A program made the position numbers and the translations under genes. Source: Lepidodermella squamata (Eukaryota > Animalia > Gastrotricha). From it: a stretch of 64,000 nt of DNA. Positions within the stretch are counted from its first letter, which is position 1; each line of letters starts with the position of its first letter. The notes beneath the pieces are model-generated. The model saw nothing but the letters and a program-made list of their open reading frames with translations, searched no databases and was not told where the DNA came from. Below are positions 58,681 to 64,000 of the stretch, piece after piece. The stretch is taken from assembly GCA_047495785.1 (NCBI GenBank), contig JBLDXI010000026.1, positions 1-64,000 on the forward strand, in the 5' to 3' direction.

Positions 58681-61600
58681 TCAAGCTCGAAGAGGCGTCA
58701 TGGCCTGCTGGCGGTAGACGAGCGTCGTCGGTAGGACGCTTTTCGAGGCGACATAGCTGCGGTGGCTGTTCGACGAGCTGTTCGTCGACGTTGAGCTGCG
58801 ATGGCCGCCGGCGCCGTGCCGCGCCGGGTACGCCGGCAGGAATACGACGGGCATGCGCTGGACAGGCGGCGATTCTGGGCAGCGCGGGAACAGCAGTGTT
58901 CGCTTGTTCGCGTCGCCCTTTTGCAGCTGCGCGCTTGTTGGGTCCTCGACGATTTCGAAAGATTCAGGCACTAGCGAGGTAAGTGGTTGAAGATCAGGGT
59001 TCGGGGCTTGATAGCTGCCATTTACAGACTGCAAAAACAACAATCAGAGAGTTAAAATCAGAAGAAAATTTTCAACCAGAAAAAAATGGGAGAAAAAAAA
59101 CAAAAAAATACAAAAAATACAAAAATATTAAGGAGGAATTTTTTTATTAATTTGCTAAAATAGTTCGCTATTTTTGGCTCAAAAGTGGCTCTCGATAATC
59201 CGATAAATTCATTTCCGCGTAAAAAATGCCATAAAATCTGCCATGGGAATATTGGAAACGACTGTACATCGAATTTTGCATGTTTAAAGAGGAAAAAAAC
59301 TTAGAATGAAACAAAAAACTCGTGATTTGGGACTTATTCTGAAAATTCCAACTCCACGGTCAGAAAATAAAGAAAAATGTCATTTTTGAGCTCATAAGTC
59401 TCAAGGTTTACGGGTCCACGAAAGAAAATCAGAAAAATAGTTAGCAACTAATTTGCTGAAATTCAAATCCCGTACGAACCGTAACGCAAGGTAACCTTGG
59501 ACACTTTTGGCTTCACAGTGAACAATTTGGCAAAGCCGAACGATTGAAAAACAGCGAAATTCTTAATGTTTGAGGTAATTTCTTTTTCTAATTTTAACCA
59601 TTTTTCAAATGCTATAAGTAGAGCGATTTCGGGTGACGATATGGGTTCCCTTCCATTTCTCGTTGCTAATAATTTTTCCAAAATTGCACAAAGGATCCAC
59701 AAATAAAAAATGTTTGCTGACAAAAAGAGAGAAAAATTAAAAAAATCCACCAAAATTTAAAAAAAAATCTATTCCAGGCTAAACGAAAGTCTTCTTCCCC
59801 AACTTTTTCAATTCTTGAAAAAACATGGTCTTGTACAAAGTTTCCCCGCGTTACGGTAGTATAAAAAGTGCTCAAAAATGTGTGCAAAAAATACCGAAAT
59901 AAATCTTAGCCAACTTTTTCTGCATTTATGTGATCCGGTTATTATTGACTTCACTTCAGGACGGGAAAAATTTAAAAATAAAGCAAAATTATCGAAATCA
60001 CCATCAGTCACGAAATAATGGGTATTTCGTTATCTCACCTGAATAAGATCACCGTCTTTGTAGAGCAGATCCTCCTCGCTCTCGTTCTGATTGAACTTGA
60101 CAATAGGCGGCGGCTTCGACGGAAAAGAAACCGCCTTGAGCGTGCCGTGCCGGCTGCGAGTCAGCGTCGCATAGCCGCCGCCGCCATTCGCAGCACTCCA
60201 GTTATCAGCCGGAGTCGCCATGAACTTCCGCTCCGTAAACGGCGACACCCTCGAATACGGCGTACTAGTTATCACCTTATGCCGCCCGGGCAGCGTGTCA
60301 CTCTTCGACGGCAGAGGCGGCGGCCGCGGCGGCAGCTCCAGCTCATCATCGTCGTAAAAATCGTCATCCAACGGCGACAACGACACCTCCCCAACGCCGT
60401 TGTGGCGGTGAAATTGCGGCGCAGGGTCGTCGGGAGCGTTCGGGCCGTAGCCGCGTAAAAACATCGGCGGAACCTCATCCGGTTGCGGATTTTTCGCGGG
60501 TAACGGCAACGTCCGGCAATTATCGAACGTATCATCCTCAACCTTATCGACAGTATTCGGGTGGTAAGACACCGCCCTAGGCACTGTTTCGCGTAGAACA
60601 TCGCGCTGAAGGTGCGGCCGATACGGCATGCCGTTGTTCCGCCTGAGTGAATCGGAATTATACGCCTCGGGGAATATGTGGCAACTGCACGAGGCAACAT
60701 CGCAGTGGTAGCCGGCTCGAGACCGCCGCGATGAGGGTGATAAGCGGGGCCCGACGGGTGACGCGACCCTGGGTGAGTTCGGGCGACTTCGTGGCGTTTT
60801 CAGCTTCAAAAAACCGAGTATTAAGGAGGATAGCGACGACGAGCGCCGCGGCCGGGATCGGTTCCGGTCCGGCGATTCGCTATCCGACTCGTAGCCGCGT
60901 GTATCTCTCAGACTAGGCATGGTTGTCGATTGAGGCACCTTTCTAGCTATACCGCTGTTGCGTTTTCGACTACTACCGCGGAGCAGGGACCGTAAAAATC
61001 GGTGCTTTTCCGGCGGCGGGTGAGTCGACGGCGGCTGAGGCGGTGCCTGCGGCTGTTCGATGCGGGCTAACGAGGACGAAGGCGGTAGCTGTCTGCTTTT
61101 AACAGTTGGGCTGATATCACCGAGCTGATTGAACTTGACCAGAGGCGGCTGTTTCTTGCCCTTCTTCGCGGCCGGCGACGGGACAGATCGAACCGAGGCG
61201 TCGGCTTGCGCGAGAACTTCCGGTATCGGGCACGACTGCGAGTTGGGGATGCCTCGCTGATGCCCGACGTATGACGCGGTTCCGGGGCAATACGACGGGG
61301 ATGATGTTAAATCATCGGTTGTCTATATCAAATAGGAAATTAAAAAATATTTATTACATTTTTCCCACAGAAAATGCAAAATTTATTAAAAAAATCAAAT
61401 GAGCGAAAAATCCTCCTTAAAAGTAATTTTTAGCAGTTGAACTGTTATTTACTAGATCTTAAGAGTGAGAAAAATATGTTTATTTTGAGTAAAAATACAG
61501 CTCCCAATTAAAATACAAGACATAGGAACAATCTAATAGGAAATGTTGGCAATAATCGGAAATGAAGTGCTATAACCCATCAAGAATGTGTAAATAGTGT

Positions 61601-63696
61601 TGGGAAATGCAAATGCGTTTAGCAAATGGCCAGCAGCGGCTAAGAATAAATGTGCTAAATAGCAAATTTGAGCATGGGATAATTTTTCCGCACATTATAT
61701 AGTGGCGAGCGGGCATATAATCCCTGCTGCGAAAATGTAAAACCGATGGCATTTCGCCGATGATAGATAACGCGCATCTTTCAAGAAGGCGATTGATATA
61801 TAGCAAAACAATGCCCGCGAAAAGGTACAACGCGTTTTTGCGATGCTTACATAATATTATACCGAAAACACAGTATAAGCGCGCGCGGAAAAACAATTAC
61901 AATCAGGCGCGTTATCGATACAAAATTGTGTGCATTCGCGCGTACACAAGACGCCGAAAATTACTACGCAGGTTTTTAAGGCGGCTCGGAAACGCGAAAA
62001 ACACATTTTTGCACCGAGCGAGCGAGCGGCCGGCGCGTGTGCAGTTAATCAAGAGGCGGCGCGACATGATGCAGATATCTATTGAAAAATTCGATATATT
62101 ACATATAATATAAAAGCGATGAGTTTCGAAAAAACCAAGCGCAATGAAGCCATATGCGAGAGAATGAGAGAAAGAGCAGGCGCGGCAAAACGTGTTAGCG
62201 CCAGAGCTTTGTGACTGCGAACAAATTATTCGCGAGCGCGATCTACGCTCAGTATTATTAGATTGCTGGCTTTAGTTTTTTAGCGTGCTTCATACTACAG
62301 TAATAACAAGAGAACCCGGGCGCGCGCGCTCGCGCTCACGGTGCAAAAATCGTCGTCGCTGATAAAAAGACACGCAAGTGCTCAACCGCGCGTGTATGTA
62401 TTTTGTTATACAAGAGAGCAAATGTGAGCGATGTTTTTAGTTGTACTATCTAATAAATGAAGACAAGAAGAGACGGCGGCGCGATACACATATTACTATA
62501 TACAGGGAAAAAACCACTTCGTATAATGGTTTAATGTGCGAAAAATTTATCGACCGTTCGGCTCTCTTTTTTGACAAAAGACTCGAGTAATAAATAGCGT
62601 TTGGCGCCTCTTTTCTAGAGTTGCTCTCTCGCTTTAATATAATTACAAAAAACTTGTTTACCCTTCACTCACATGGGAATTCAGGGGGGCGCACAATGGA
62701 AGTAGTGGTGGTCGCAGAAGGAGGCCGTAAAAAAACGCAAAAAATGTATACATTGGGGCGATCCATAGCGCAGAGCAAATAGTTGCAATAAAAAACCACT
62801 AAGCCGTAAGTTGAAAAAACGTTCGCTCGGGGTAATACAGAATGAAATGATTTTGACCCCCAGGTATTTCCATTTGTAAAGCAAATAATGCTAATGCTCC
62901 TATGAATTATTCACTAGAAAATCTGTTTTTTATTTCAATTATAATTAATTGAATTTGCTATCGTAGGTTTTCAATTGTAACCTCATTAAAGTCTTACCTA
63001 CTTTGTACAAGAAATATTCAGCTGCAAAAACCATCCGAAACTTCGTAAATATCTAAACGCTATACTAGAAAATATTTTACGATCTAAACTACACATTTTC
63101 TGCTAATTTAGGTGTTTTGATCTTTTTACTGTATTTGATTGCCCTTTCCACGGAAATTATGATGCAGTAATCGAAATGATGTGATGATTGACTTACAGGC
63201 GAAAATGAACTCGGTGTTTTTGTTTGGTTCGAATTGAACGAAGAAGAGCTGAAGAAGCCGCTACTGTTGCTGGTTGCAGCCGGTAGGAGGCAGGTAGTCG
63301 AGAACGAAGTTGAGCCAATCAATGACTGATCGTGCTGTTGATGCGAATTGCTACCAGCAGGTGGTGGTGAATTATTCGTCGTAAAACCTCGCGCCGGATG
63401 AGTAGCTATTTCCACAACCGTAGTAGTAACGTGAACAGAGGCAGGCGAGCCACCAGGTAAGACTGCCGTAGATTTCACGGTAACTTGTTGTTGCTGCTGC
63501 TGCTGTTCACCAATCGACTTATTGCGGTCTCGCACCATTTGAGCAGCTGGATCTGCGGAGTTGATTAACGACTTGCGCGGCGGTTTTTCCGGAGGAACCG
63601 CCTTAACCGGCTTATCATTCGGCGTCGTCATCGTCGTCGGCGGCAAATTACCCGATGATGGAACGAGGTGCAGCGCCTGGCACGGCGCAACAGGCT
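58681..63696 (-). CDS. 3' exons of a large gene encoding a disordered Pro/Ser-rich protein (approx. 63696-63197, 61322-60039, 59029-58681); 5' end not found in the window
   Basis: Three GC-rich open exons with canonical splice sites; PxxP motifs (PPEKPPRK, LPPRPPPLP); no folded domain recognised. Confidence 0.65.
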
Positions 63697-64000
63697 GTAA
63701 ATAACGCGCAAGAATAAATAAACATCCACCTTAAAAAAGCAATAATAACAGAACAAAAAACCAAAAATATTATGTTCTTCTCTTGAACAGGTTCGATTTT
63801 AATAAGGGCGAATTTTTTGTTCACTAGCGGATAGGCATGCGCAAAGAAAATTTAAGTGCACATCAACTTGCGTTAGAGAGAAGAGAAAAAAGAATAAAAC
63901 CGCACCTATCTAGCACAGACGAAACAGATGAATAAATACGTAAAAAAATAAAACCGCGAAAAATTCGATGCGCCTCAAGGTGAGCTGACGCTGCTCTGTA

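Noticed and set aside
1-64000. CRISPR arrays, rRNA, prokaryotic operons, autonomous transposases, alternative genetic code
   Set aside because: None seen; the sequence is intron-rich animal DNA and the gene models translate with the standard code.

Overview
Gene-dense eukaryotic DNA from an invertebrate animal: standard genetic code, GT-AG introns mostly 45-60 nt, no obvious CpG depletion. The phylum cannot be assigned from the sequence alone. I can model about 24 protein genes: a receptor tyrosine (pseudo)kinase joining a C-type lectin/Cys-rich/3xIPT/mucin ectodomain to a RYK-like kinase; five divergent nuclear-receptor genes (three complete, one DBD-only, one LBD-only); two tandem GABA-B-like class C GPCRs; a secreted, probably GPI-anchored protein resembling a dead CCA-adding/poly(A)-polymerase fold; a Ddc-like decarboxylase; a type II membrane Sushi+ankyrin protein and a small paralog; two ankyrin-only genes; three Cys-loop channel subunits; an orphan rhodopsin-class GPCR; a carbonic-anhydrase-related protein; two glycosyltransferase-like genes; a calmodulin-like gene; a small orphan ORF; and the 3' part of a large Pro/Ser-rich gene. 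A Pol III cassette (tRNA-iMet <- tRNA-Thr(CGT) -> 7SL RNA ->) occurs twice, 14.4 kb apart, with one copy inside the kinase gene's intron. Its 7SL helix 8 has a UAAC loop instead of GNRA. Several MITE-like elements and a degenerate TTAGGG tract are also present. All exon models and homologies were read by eye; no database search was run.
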